Below, piece by piece: positions 20,102-29,562 of a stretch of DNA of 64,000 nucleotides. The DNA lies in contig JAWODC010000044.1 of assembly GCA_046483495.1 (NCBI GenBank), positions 96,001-160,000 of the forward strand. Reading direction: 5' to 3'. The first letter of the stretch is position 1. Every line of letters starts with the position of its first letter. The notes under the pieces are model-generated. The model worked only from the letters and a program-made list of their open reading frames with translations. It did not search any database and had not been told where the DNA came from. This DNA comes from Desulfobacterales bacterium. GTDB taxonomy: Bacteria > Desulfobacterota > Desulfobacteria > Desulfobacterales > UBA5616. The position numbers and the translations under genes were made by a program.

Positions 20102-22114
20102 TCATCGGTCCAGGCATTCGATTAAGAAGGAGGCGATATCCGAAACCGTAATCCGGTCCTCAGCGTCAAGCAACTTAATCCCGTCATCGAGCATGTGCAG
20201 GCAAAAAGGGCATGAGGTAATCAGTGTTTCAGCCCCGGCTTCAAGAGCTTGTTGCACTCTCATTGCATTGAGACGGGTTCCTTCTTTGAAATCCATCCAG
20301 AGGTGCCCTCCTCCGCCGCCGCAGCAGAAACTTTCTTTCCCGTACCGTCTCATTTCAACTCTTTCAGTCCCCGGAACAGCGTCGATCAGCTTCCTGGGGG
20401 TCTCCCACATACGTTGATATCGTGCCAGATAACAGGGGTCATGGTAGGCGACCACACGGTTGAATGGGGGGGTTTTCAATCTTAGTTTTCCTTCACGCAC
20501 CAACCGATACAACAATCGGGTATAGTGAATGACGTCGTATTCCCCGCCGAATTGGGGATACTCATCTTTCAGCACCGTGTATCCATGCGGGCAGGATACC
20601 AGCAATTGGTTGAATTCGCGGCGGTTGAGTTGCGCCGCCTGCTCTTTGGCAATGAGTTGAAACATATGTTCATCGCCGATAACACGGGCCGGGTCACCGC
20701 AGCATTGTTCGTCGAATCCCAGGATACCGTAATCGACCGAAGCATAACCCAGCAGCGTGCACAGGTCGACAGCAATCCGGTGCTTTGCCGAATCCAATGC
20801 GGTAAGGCATCCTGTCCAGTAGAGAATGTCGCATCCCTCTCCGGGGGCTATCACAGGCACGTCCAAACCCTCCGTCCACTCGATCCGGTCTTTTTGCGGA
20901 GCGAATGGATTTCCAAGGCTTTCCATTGTTTTTAAAGCGGCAGCGGCATGCGTCGGAAGCCGCCCTTTCATAGCGATCTCATTGCGCCGGATATCGACAA
21001 ACAGATCGACATGCTGAATAAAGGCCGGGCAGATCTCTACGCAGGCCATGCAGGTTCTGCACAGCCAGATGAAATCCATATCGAAGGCGTTTCCGACGAT
21101 ATCCGTCGAGATCGTTTCGGATTCATCCGTTTGGGCGCTTTCTGTACGCCTCAAAAGTTCCCGGGATTCTTGAATGAGCGATTTGGGCGACAGCGGCTGC
21201 CCTGCATTCAGGGCCGGGCAAACGGCATCACAACGCCCGCAGTCTACACAGGCATCCAAATCCATCCGCTGTTTCCATGTGAAATCTTCAGTGCTTCCTA
21301 CACCGAAATTCAATTCGGCTTCATCGATATCATCCTGCTCCATGAGGGCTTCGAGATCGATGCGCGATAGTTCACCCGCAGGCCCCAGCTTTCCAAATCC
21401 TGCATTTACGGGCAGTAGAAGCAGATGAAAAAATTTCGTAAACGGAATGACGGCGATCCACACCATCACCAGGAGCGTATGGCCCCACCAGACGGCAAAA
21501 TGGAATCTGTTCCCCGCTCCGGAAACCAGCCGGGAAACCATCTCACCGATCGGGGATACCCATTCCCGGTTCTGCTCTTGAATCGCGAGCCGCCCTCCTT
21601 CCACCAGAAATCCCGTAATCACGATTCCGGCGAGCAGCAGCAGCATCAACAAATCCATACCGGACCGGTCCAGGGTGTTCGGTTTTAGGACCAGCCGCCG
21701 CCATAATGCCATTCCGATCCCGATGAGCATGAAAACGCCGGCCAACTCGCAACCCAGGGAGAAAGCGATATATACACATCCTTCAAACAAGGTGGTTCCA
21801 AAGTGGGTATCGAACAAGATGAGAAGCGTCGTTATAAACAGCACCAGGAAGGAATAGAATATCAGCGCGTGAAAAATACCCGGATATGCCCGGTTAAAGG
21901 TTTTCCGCTGAAGAAAGAGCGCCTTGTTCGCCGCCCATAACCGTTTGAATGCCCGGGAAAACCGCTTATTGTCCGCTTTTCCGGCCTGCCACACCCGCAC
22001 ATGTCGATATACGCCGTAACCCAAGATGCACATGGAAATAAAAAACAATAAATACATCACAGACGGGTGCGGAATATTCCAAAAAATTTCCCGGCTTGCC
22101 GATGCATACGCCAT
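20102..22114 (-). CDS. Heterodisulfide-reductase-related membrane Fe-S oxidoreductase (HdrF/FadF-like)
   Basis: N-terminal TM region with His residues, ACVDCGRCDAVCP, CRTCMACVEICP and two CCG domains (CCGDP; YHDPC...CCGGGGG...CPFC). Start trimmed to 22114. Confidence 0.9.
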   Translation of the reverse strand: MAYASASREIFWNIPHPSVMYLLFFISMCILGYGVYRHVRVWQAGKADNKRFSRAFKRLWAANKALFLQRKTFNRAYPGIFHALIFYSFLVLFITTLLILFDTHFGTTLFEGCVYIAFSLGCELAGVFMLIGIGMALWRRLVLKPNTLDRSGMDLLMLLLLAGIVITGFLVEGGRLAIQEQNREWVSPIGEMVSRLVSGAGNRFHFAVWWGHTLLVMVWIAVIPFTKFFHLLLLPVNAGFGKLGPAGELSRIDLEALMEQDDIDEAELNFGVGSTEDFTWKQRMDLDACVDCGRCDAVCPALNAGQPLSPKSLIQESRELLRRTESAQTDESETISTDIVGNAFDMDFIWLCRTCMACVEICPAFIQHVDLFVDIRRNEIAMKGRLPTHAAAALKTMESLGNPFAPQKDRIEWTEGLDVPVIAPGEGCDILYWTGCLTALDSAKHRIAVDLCTLLGYASVDYGILGFDEQCCGDPARVIGDEHMFQLIAKEQAAQLNRREFNQLLVSCPHGYTVLKDEYPQFGGEYDVIHYTRLLYRLVREGKLRLKTPPFNRVVAYHDPCYLARYQRMWETPRKLIDAVPGTERVEMRRYGKESFCCGGGGGHLWMDFKEGTRLNAMRVQQALEAGAETLITSCPFCLHMLDDGIKLLDAEDRITVSDIASFLIECLDR

Positions 22115-22190
22115 CGAATTCTCTCTTGATCCGGTGTAATAAGTTTGATTAATGTCCTTCTTTGCAATAATTTTTAAGAGGGATATCAGC

Positions 22191-23324
22191 ATGGTCGCAC
22201 AAATACAAGCCAAATTGGACAAATGGGGCGCCTCATTGGAGCATCGCATATTAAAGGGCCTTTCCAGTGAGTGGGAGGCGGCTTTATGGGTGGTGGACGA
22301 GCCGATTCGACGACGGATGAAAAAACCGTTGTTCTCCCTGGGCAATATGACGGCTCGCTATGGGTCCTGGTCGCTGGAAAAGAGGGAAATCCGCATCAGC
22401 CGGCATCTGGTCGAACATCATCCCTGGGATGCGGTTCGAGATGTTCTTCGACATGAAATGGCCCACCAAATGGCCGACGAAGTGTTCGCCGCGGCCGATC
22501 AAACAGCGCATGGACCTCTGTTTCAAGATGCGTGCAGACTGCTCAGGGCCAACCCAAAGGCTTCGGGCACATACCCCACTGCCCGGGAAATGGTTTTTCA
22601 AAAAAAGCATGATCCATCGGAAGCAAAACTGAGGCAGGTGAAAAAGCTCCTGGCCCTGGCGCAAAGCCGCAATCGCCATGAGGCAGCGGCCGCCATGAAA
22701 AAAGCCCATGAATTGATTGCCAAGCACCATCTCATCCATGACCAAAACAGCCCTACCGACGGCATCTACAGCATTTTTCTCGGAGCGCCGCTGCTTCGAA
22801 GATGCCGGGACGTTTATTTTCTGGCAAACATGATTTGCGAATTTTATTTTGTCGAAGGAATCTGGGTGCCGGCATTCGTGGTGGCGAAAGGAAAAATGGG
22901 AAGCGTTCTTGAAATATCCGGGACGGCGGCCGACATTCAGATGGCCGATTACGTATATCACTATGTCCGGCGCTTTATCGATTCTCAATGGGATGTATAT
23001 AAGGCCGGAAAAAATGTGAACCGGCGGCGCAAGACGGATTTTGCCGTCGGCATCATAGAGGGATTCACATCAACTCTTCGAAATGCTGTTGCCGCCGACG
23101 GCCATTCCGGACCGGAGGGTAAAAAGGATCTCGTGGTCGGGCGGAACCCACGGCTTGCCGCCTATATCGCCCATCGATACCCACGCATCCGAAAAATACA
23201 CCGAAACGGCCCCTCTCAGGATGCACGGATAATGAAAGACGGCGTTTCGGTCGGTAAAACGCTGGTAATTTTTAAAGGTATCCATCACCGGAAACGATCC
23301 CGACGTCTACTGCCGGAAAACTGA
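22191..23324 (+). CDS. SprT-like zinc metalloprotease domain plus DUF2786-like domain protein
   Basis: VLRHEMAHQ...HGPLF and VKKLLALAQSRNRHEAAAA. Confidence 0.8.
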   Translation: MVAQIQAKLDKWGASLEHRILKGLSSEWEAALWVVDEPIRRRMKKPLFSLGNMTARYGSWSLEKREIRISRHLVEHHPWDAVRDVLRHEMAHQMADEVFAAADQTAHGPLFQDACRLLRANPKASGTYPTAREMVFQKKHDPSEAKLRQVKKLLALAQSRNRHEAAAAMKKAHELIAKHHLIHDQNSPTDGIYSIFLGAPLLRRCRDVYFLANMICEFYFVEGIWVPAFVVAKGKMGSVLEISGTAADIQMADYVYHYVRRFIDSQWDVYKAGKNVNRRRKTDFAVGIIEGFTSTLRNAVAADGHSGPEGKKDLVVGRNPRLAAYIAHRYPRIRKIHRNGPSQDARIMKDGVSVGKTLVIFKGIHHRKRSRRLLPEN

Positions 23325-24029
23325 GGCACACGCCTTCTTTTCCATTCGGCATATGGCTTCAGCGAAAAGCAGGTCATCGGGGGTCGTTATTTTTATATTG
23401 AATCGGCTTCCTTCCACCACCCGGACGGGGCGGCCAAGCCGTTCCACCAACGAGGCATCGTCCGTTCCAGAAAAGCCGTTTTCAATCGCCGACGCGTGCG
23501 CCCTCAATATCAATTCATATGAAAACACCTGGGGTGTCTGGGCAATCCAGATGTCTTTCCGATCGATTGTCTTTTCAATCCGACTGTCGTCTGAAAATTG
23601 AATTCTCTTCAATGTCTCCTGAACCGGCACGGCCGTAATGCAGGCTCCGGTGGGTTCGGCCCCGGCAATGCATCGGGAGATACCGTTCGGCGTTATAAAC
23701 GGCCGAACGCCGTCATGAACAACAATCAAAGACGATCGGTCTTCAATGACGGCCAGCGCGTGATACACGGACTGCTGCCTCTCTCGTCCACCGCCCACCA
23801 TATCGATCGGCTTTTTCATACGGATACGGGAAAGAATGTTCCGACGGCAAAATGGCATGTCGCCTTCTGGGACGACAACATAAATGCCGTCGATGTCGTT
23901 GCAGCTGTTAAATGCCGCTATGGTCCGCGCCAGTATGGGGATGCCGTCGAGATGGAGATACGGCTTTCGTATATCTTTTCCCATTCTGACACTGCTGCCC
24001 CCGGCAACGATGATGGCGATCTTCTTCAT
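23307..24029 (-). CDS. ispD: 2-C-methyl-D-erythritol 4-phosphate cytidylyltransferase
   Basis: IIVAGGSSVRMG, GGRERQQSV, VHDGVRP, QTPQVF, TDDAS and NIKITTPDD. Start trimmed to 24029. Confidence 0.96.
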   Translation of the reverse strand: MKKIAIIVAGGSSVRMGKDIRKPYLHLDGIPILARTIAAFNSCNDIDGIYVVVPEGDMPFCRRNILSRIRMKKPIDMVGGGRERQQSVYHALAVIEDRSSLIVVHDGVRPFITPNGISRCIAGAEPTGACITAVPVQETLKRIQFSDDSRIEKTIDRKDIWIAQTPQVFSYELILRAHASAIENGFSGTDDASLVERLGRPVRVVEGSRFNIKITTPDDLLFAEAICRMEKKACASVFRQ

Positions 24030-24037
24030 AACCGGCG

Positions 24038-25357
24038 CTATTTCAAGTAGCCCAATTCCTTGGGCAGCGGTATGCCTTTTCCCATCGTATCTTCCCCGTA
24101 GTTGACGCCGGCCAGGATTTCGATGTCGGCCAGTGCTCGGGCATCCCCTTCGAACACGACCTCCGTGATATTTTCCTTGCTGATTTTGCCGCCCGCCCAT
24201 TGAATATCCAGGACGCTGCCGGCGTCGAACCGATCGTCACCCACACAAAGATCGACATGCCCGCCGTAGTGCTGGACGATTTTCGCGACCAACAGGCTGG
24301 GACGGCTGTGGAATCCGAGTTTGATGGGTATTCCCACCTTTATGTGACTCCTTTCGATATTTTCATTCAGGATTTCCCTGGCGAGATCTTTGCCTGTGGT
24401 GAGGTAATGGCAAACGTAATAAAGTCCGTAGTTGATCGTCCGATCCAGCAGTATGTCCGGGTTGACCATCTCTGCCAACCGTGTCTGCACTTTTTTGTAG
24501 ATGTTTTTGTATCCCGCTTCATACAGGTGCCGTTCATAAAAATGCAGCAATCTCCCGATAATCTGAAGCAGATGAAAGACGCTGGAAAAATATCCTCTCA
24601 ACTGCTTCAGTTTCCTGTTTCCAAACAAGTACCCACCGTGAATGACATACGTATCGAAAGAAGACTGAAGGTTGTGCACCAGCATTTCGAATCTTCTGAT
24701 TTCCACTTCGTTGACCCGGCTCGGGACAATCGCCAGGATCGCATCCAAATCGTAAGGTTCGAAGAAGCTGAGCTGGTCGAATTTGTCGGCGATGCTCAAA
24801 AATTCACTCGCAATCTTGACAATGTTCTGTTTCTGCTGATCCCTGTCTTCATCATCGATATTATAGTCCAGCACTTCCGGGGTCGTGATGCCGGGAAAAT
24901 CCGAGTGGTCGAAACCCTTGGCCGGCATGCGGATCTTCAGGCGGCCGGCTTCTTCGAGAATGGCAGGCGCCAATTTCATCAAGCATCGCGTCAAGAACGC
25001 CATTGTCAATCTGCCGGATTTTTCAAACTCTCGGGTTTCCCTAAGGTCGTAAAATGCCATTCGGTTCTGAATATGCTTTTGGGAATAACTGGCAAGGCTT
25101 AGGTGCCGTACCGCGGCCGCGAGTTCGCGGTAATAGTACCATTCGGTATTGTTTTTGGCGCCATGGTAATCCAGAAAATCTTCAAGCAACTGGGAATCGG
25201 CAATCAGCTTTGAATAGAGTTTTTTCGTAAATGCATGGTGTGAATCATCGACACTTGCAATATAAAGGCAGCACTTTAAATAATCATGCGAAAATAGTTT
25301 TACTTTTTGAAAAAAAGATATATCGCAATACGCGCCTTTTGCTTGCGTTATTTTCAT
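24038..25357 (-). CDS. Large protein with a C-terminal HPr phosphocarrier domain
   Basis: LGFHSRPS and DAGSVLDI in the last ~100 aa; ~335-aa unrecognised N-terminal region. Confidence 0.8.
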   Translation of the reverse strand: MKITQAKGAYCDISFFQKVKLFSHDYLKCCLYIASVDDSHHAFTKKLYSKLIADSQLLEDFLDYHGAKNNTEWYYYRELAAAVRHLSLASYSQKHIQNRMAFYDLRETREFEKSGRLTMAFLTRCLMKLAPAILEEAGRLKIRMPAKGFDHSDFPGITTPEVLDYNIDDEDRDQQKQNIVKIASEFLSIADKFDQLSFFEPYDLDAILAIVPSRVNEVEIRRFEMLVHNLQSSFDTYVIHGGYLFGNRKLKQLRGYFSSVFHLLQIIGRLLHFYERHLYEAGYKNIYKKVQTRLAEMVNPDILLDRTINYGLYYVCHYLTTGKDLAREILNENIERSHIKVGIPIKLGFHSRPSLLVAKIVQHYGGHVDLCVGDDRFDAGSVLDIQWAGGKISKENITEVVFEGDARALADIEILAGVNYGEDTMGKGIPLPKELGYLK

Positions 25358-25496
25358 GGCAATGATGTTTTTCCCTGCCGCTGCCGGACGGGGAAACCAC
25401 CGTCCCTTCAGCGGGTAACATATGGCTGCCGATTACCGAAGCATCGGCTCACAATATATATCCGGTGCAGCGCATCGGATTTTTCGAAACATAAAA

Positions 25497-25861
<365 letters not shown>

Positions 25862-25873
<12 letters not shown>

Positions 25874-26602
25874 TTCTTCATGTTGCCAATAAATCAATCG
25901 ATGACAGTTCGGACAATAGTGGATGCTGTCGCAACGCTGTATTTCGTTGAATTTTTGTGGGGGAATATTCATATGGCAACCCGAGCATACCGCGTTTTCG
26001 ACCCGGGAAATCGTAATCAGCCCAACGGTGCGCCGAGTCATGTCAAAATCCTTCATAATTTTGGGATCGATCCCCCTGATGATTTCATTTCTGGACTGCT
26101 CAAGATCATACAATTTCTTTTCGTCTTCCTGACGCTCTATTTCAATGTGCTTCTTTTCCTGCTCGATGTCACGAGACAAGGCGGAAAGTTCATCGTTTTT
26201 TGAACCGAACTGGTGTTCGGCTTCTTCTAAACGGTCCAGAACGGAAATCATCTCATCTTCGATATGGGAGTTTTTTCCCTTTATATCATCGATTTCTTTC
26301 AACGTCGCCTGGTATTCCTTGTTGTTGTTTACCGATCCCAACCTTTCCATGCTCTTGCGAATTTTGGCTTCATTGACTGAGAAATCCCCTTCGAGCTCCC
26401 GATATCGCTTTTTCAAGGTTTCGATGTTATCGGTTTCTTTTTCCACGGATGTTTTGAATGCCGTCAAGGCCTGATCCAGGTGGTCGATTTTCGAGGGAAC
26501 AGCGGCTATTTTTTTTCGAATCTCGTGAACGGCGACATCCGTTTCCTGAAGGCGGATGAGCGAATCGATTTGTTTCTTTATTTCTTCAGGCATCGTATCC
26601 AT
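25862..26602 (-). CDS. Coiled-coil protein with a C4-type zinc ribbon (DUF164/CT398-like)
   Basis: Long coiled coil, then CSGCHMNIPPQ...CPNCHRLIY; follows Nif3. Confidence 0.92.
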
Positions 26603-26620
26603 CCATATGCAGGTTTCATT

Positions 26621-27439
26621 CTATACGATTGCAAACGGGTCCTTTTCAAGCCGGCACGCCTGCACACGCAGCTCGTACCCGAGCAAATCGCATTCCTGTT
26701 GAACCCGTTGTGCAAGCACATCGAGCATTAAATGCTCCGAGGCAAAGTGGCCTATATCAATCAGTGCGCGATTCAAGGATTCCGCATCCCTGGCATCATG
26801 ATATTTCACATCCCCGCTAATCAGCACATGGGCATCGGAAGCAAAAAAGTCCGCCATGATCCCGGACCCGCTTCCACTGCAAACGGCGACTCGACAAACC
26901 GTTAAACCATGATGCCCCACGATTTTAAGATGCGGCGGGCCCGTTCGAAGCTTAACGAATTTCGAAAGCTCGATCAAGGTCATGGGGGCACGAAGGTTTC
27001 CAATGCGGCCGATGCCGAAATGGCTTACACCACGATTCGGTTCCGATGCCGGGCTGAAGCAATCGATGTCCTGTAATTCCAGCCTCCGGGCCAGCATATC
27101 GTTAATGCCGCCCGAAACCGCGTCCAGGTTCGTGTGCGCTGAAAAGACCGCCAGGTTGTGCCGCAAAGCCTTTTGGACGATTTTCCCGAAAGGGGTTTGC
27201 ACGTCAATGGATTTTACGGGCCTTATCAAAAGAGGGTGATGAGTGATCAGCATGTCGATTCCTTCGCAGCATGCCGCATCCACCACCGGCGGGCTTGCAT
27301 CGAGTGCAACCCATATATTACGCACCTGCCGGCGGTCATCCCCGACCTGAAGCCCGGGATTATCCCATTGCTCGGCCAATTCCGGAGGAGCCAGTTTTTC
27401 CATGACGCTTATGACATCCCACACAGACGCCGTTTTCAT
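26621..27439 (-). CDS. Nif3-like dinuclear metal center protein
   Basis: WDNPGLQVG, ITHHP, HTNLD, GSG and GHFASE motifs. Confidence 0.95.
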   Translation of the reverse strand: MKTASVWDVISVMEKLAPPELAEQWDNPGLQVGDDRRQVRNIWVALDASPPVVDAACCEGIDMLITHHPLLIRPVKSIDVQTPFGKIVQKALRHNLAVFSAHTNLDAVSGGINDMLARRLELQDIDCFSPASEPNRGVSHFGIGRIGNLRAPMTLIELSKFVKLRTGPPHLKIVGHHGLTVCRVAVCSGSGSGIMADFFASDAHVLISGDVKYHDARDAESLNRALIDIGHFASEHLMLDVLAQRVQQECDLLGYELRVQACRLEKDPFAIV

Positions 27440-27455
27440 GATACCTCTTCACAAC

Positions 27456-27493
27456 AAAAAAGGCGCGGTTAAATGTTAAAACCACGCCTTTTT
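27456..27493. terminator. Intrinsic terminator after tRNA-Ile (bidirectional form)
   Basis: AAAAAAGGCGCGGTT...AACCACGCCTTTTT. Confidence 0.75.
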
Positions 27494-27594
27494 ATTTTCA
27501 CAGCGGTATGGATTAATGTTCGCCCCATGAGCGTCTATCCATTATGCAATCCATATCGTTAAACCCATTTAACCGTATCTGAGAATGTATGGTA

Positions 27595-27667
27595 TGGGCC
27601 CACCTGGGTTCGAACCAGGGACCGACCGGTTATGAGCCGGTGGCTCTTCCAGCTGAGCTATGGGCCC
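27595..27667 (-). tRNA. tRNA with CAT anticodon, most likely tRNA-Ile2 (lysidine); CCA not encoded
   Basis: GGGCCCATAGCTCAGCTGGAAGAGCCACCGGCTCATAACCGGTCGGTCCCTGGTTCGAACCCAGGTGGGCCCA; lies downstream of rpoD. Confidence 0.9.
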
Positions 27668-27713
27668 TGACTTTAGTCGATTTTTTATCGCCGGAAACAT
27701 CATTTGTCAAGAA

Positions 27714-29516
27714 TTAGGTATCGATAAAGCTTTTTAATTTTCGGCTTCTCGTCGGGTGCCTCAATTTACGCAGTGCTTTTGCTTCAATTTGCCGAATACG
27801 TTCCCGGGTGACAGCAAAATCCTGTCCGACTTCCTCGAGCGTGTGATCCGCCTTTTCACCGATTCCGAACCGCATCCTGAGAACCTTTTCCTCGCGAGGC
27901 GTTAACGTGGCCAGCACCTTTCGGGTTTGTTCCGCCAAATTCAGGTTTACAGCCGCCTCTGAGGGCAGTACGAACTTTTTATCCTCGATGAAATCGCCCA
28001 GATGACTGTCTTCCTCTTCACCAATCGGCGTCTCTAAGGAAATCGGTTCTCGAGCGATCTTCAGCACTTTTCTTACCTTGTCCAGTGGTATCTCCATTTT
28101 TTCGGCGATCTCCTCGGGTGTCGGTTCCCTGCCGAGTTCCTGAACCAGATACCGGGAAGTCCGAATCAGCTTGTTGATCGTTTCGATCATATGGACGGGA
28201 ATTCGAATGGTCCTGGCCTGATCGGCGATCGCCCGTGTGATGGCTTGTCGAATCCACCATGTCGCATACGTGCTGAATTTATAGCCCCGGCGATATTCAA
28301 ACTTGTCCACCGCTTTCATGAGCCCGATGTTGCCTTCCTGGATTAAATCCAGAAACTGCAATCCCCGGTTCGTATATTTTTTGGCAATGCTCACCACAAG
28401 ACGCAAATTGGCCTTGGTCAATTCACTTTTGGCATCTTTTGCAACCAGACGGCCTTCATCGACACCGGTGATGATGCGTTTCAACGTCCTGCTCTTGGCT
28501 TTTATCAATTTTTCCTTTTCCTGAATCTGATTGTAAAATTCCATCAGTTCGCCATAGATACAGGAAATTTCATCTTTCGTTAATTCGCATCGGGCCTTCA
28601 TCCATTTATAGAAATCCGTTTTCGTTCGAAGGTTGTTCCGCAATTCGGAAATCGGTGAGTTAATGTTCTCCGCGAACATGCCGATCATTTGGTTCATGGC
28701 GTCAAACCATTCGATCTGCTCACGGATTATTTTTTCGATTCTATCGATTACACCACCCTCGAACCGCCAATCCTTCAGCAGTTCGAAAATTTTGTTGTTT
28801 CTTCGATTGATCGCTCTCCTGATCCGCCTCTGCTCGTCTATTCCCACTTTTCCGGAAAACAGCCTGTCCCGATAATCCTCATTTTCGAGATGAATCGCCT
28901 TGATGTTGTTAATCGTAGTGAGGAAATTTTCAATTTGCACGCTCTCATCGACATAGGCATCCCCCTCATCGATATCCCGCAATACATGCTTCGGCCGCAG
29001 TCTTCCCCCTTCGATATGCTTTCCAAGATCCAAGAGACATTTCACACCGGTCGATGTATCGATCAGCGCCCGCAAAATCCGCTGTTCACCCTCTTCGATT
29101 TTTTTTGCGATTTCGACTTCCCCTTCCCTGCTCAATAAGGTGACAAGCCCCATTTCCCGCAGGTACATTTTTACAGGATCCGAAACGCTGCCGTAATCCG
29201 AAGCCGAAGACTCATCTTTGAGCAATCCGTCATCATCGAATTTCTTCGGTTTATCCCGAACCGCCAACTTTCCTTCTTCAATGATATCGATATCATTGTC
29301 ATCAAGTATCATGAGTGTTTCGTCGAACTGTTTGGAAATGACCAAGTCCTTAGGCAGCGCTTCATTTATCTCGTCATAGGTTAAATACCCCTGTTTTTTT
29401 CCTTTTAAAACCAGATCGGTCAGAGCCTGTTTTGTTTCACGGTCTTTAGCTGCCGCATCCGATCCTTTTCGTTCGTTTTTTGTGTCCATCTTATTTTTAA
29501 CGCTTTGTTTTGACAT
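27714..29516 (-). CDS. rpoD: RNA polymerase primary sigma factor
   Basis: Region 1.1 [53 protein letters not shown] and [10 protein letters not shown]. Confidence 0.98.
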   Translation of the reverse strand: MSKQSVKNKMDTKNERKGSDAAAKDRETKQALTDLVLKGKKQGYLTYDEINEALPKDLVISKQFDETLMILDDNDIDIIEEGKLAVRDKPKKFDDDGLLKDESSASDYGSVSDPVKMYLREMGLVTLLSREGEVEIAKKIEEGEQRILRALIDTSTGVKCLLDLGKHIEGGRLRPKHVLRDIDEGDAYVDESVQIENFLTTINNIKAIHLENEDYRDRLFSGKVGIDEQRRIRRAINRRNNKIFELLKDWRFEGGVIDRIEKIIREQIEWFDAMNQMIGMFAENINSPISELRNNLRTKTDFYKWMKARCELTKDEISCIYGELMEFYNQIQEKEKLIKAKSRTLKRIITGVDEGRLVAKDAKSELTKANLRLVVSIAKKYTNRGLQFLDLIQEGNIGLMKAVDKFEYRRGYKFSTYATWWIRQAITRAIADQARTIRIPVHMIETINKLIRTSRYLVQELGREPTPEEIAEKMEIPLDKVRKVLKIAREPISLETPIGEEEDSHLGDFIEDKKFVLPSEAAVNLNLAEQTRKVLATLTPREEKVLRMRFGIGEKADHTLEEVGQDFAVTRERIRQIEAKALRKLRHPTRSRKLKSFIDT

Positions 29517-29562
29517 AAAGAATTGCCTCATTTTGTGTTTTTATATCTGTATTTGCCGGGTA

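Noticed and set aside
27595..27667. Calling the CAT-anticodon tRNA a tRNA-Met
   Set aside because: It has a G1-C72 pair and lacks the three consecutive G-C anticodon-stem pairs of initiator tRNA. The GGGCCCA acceptor stem and post-rpoD position fit Ile2 better. Elongator Met is not fully excluded.
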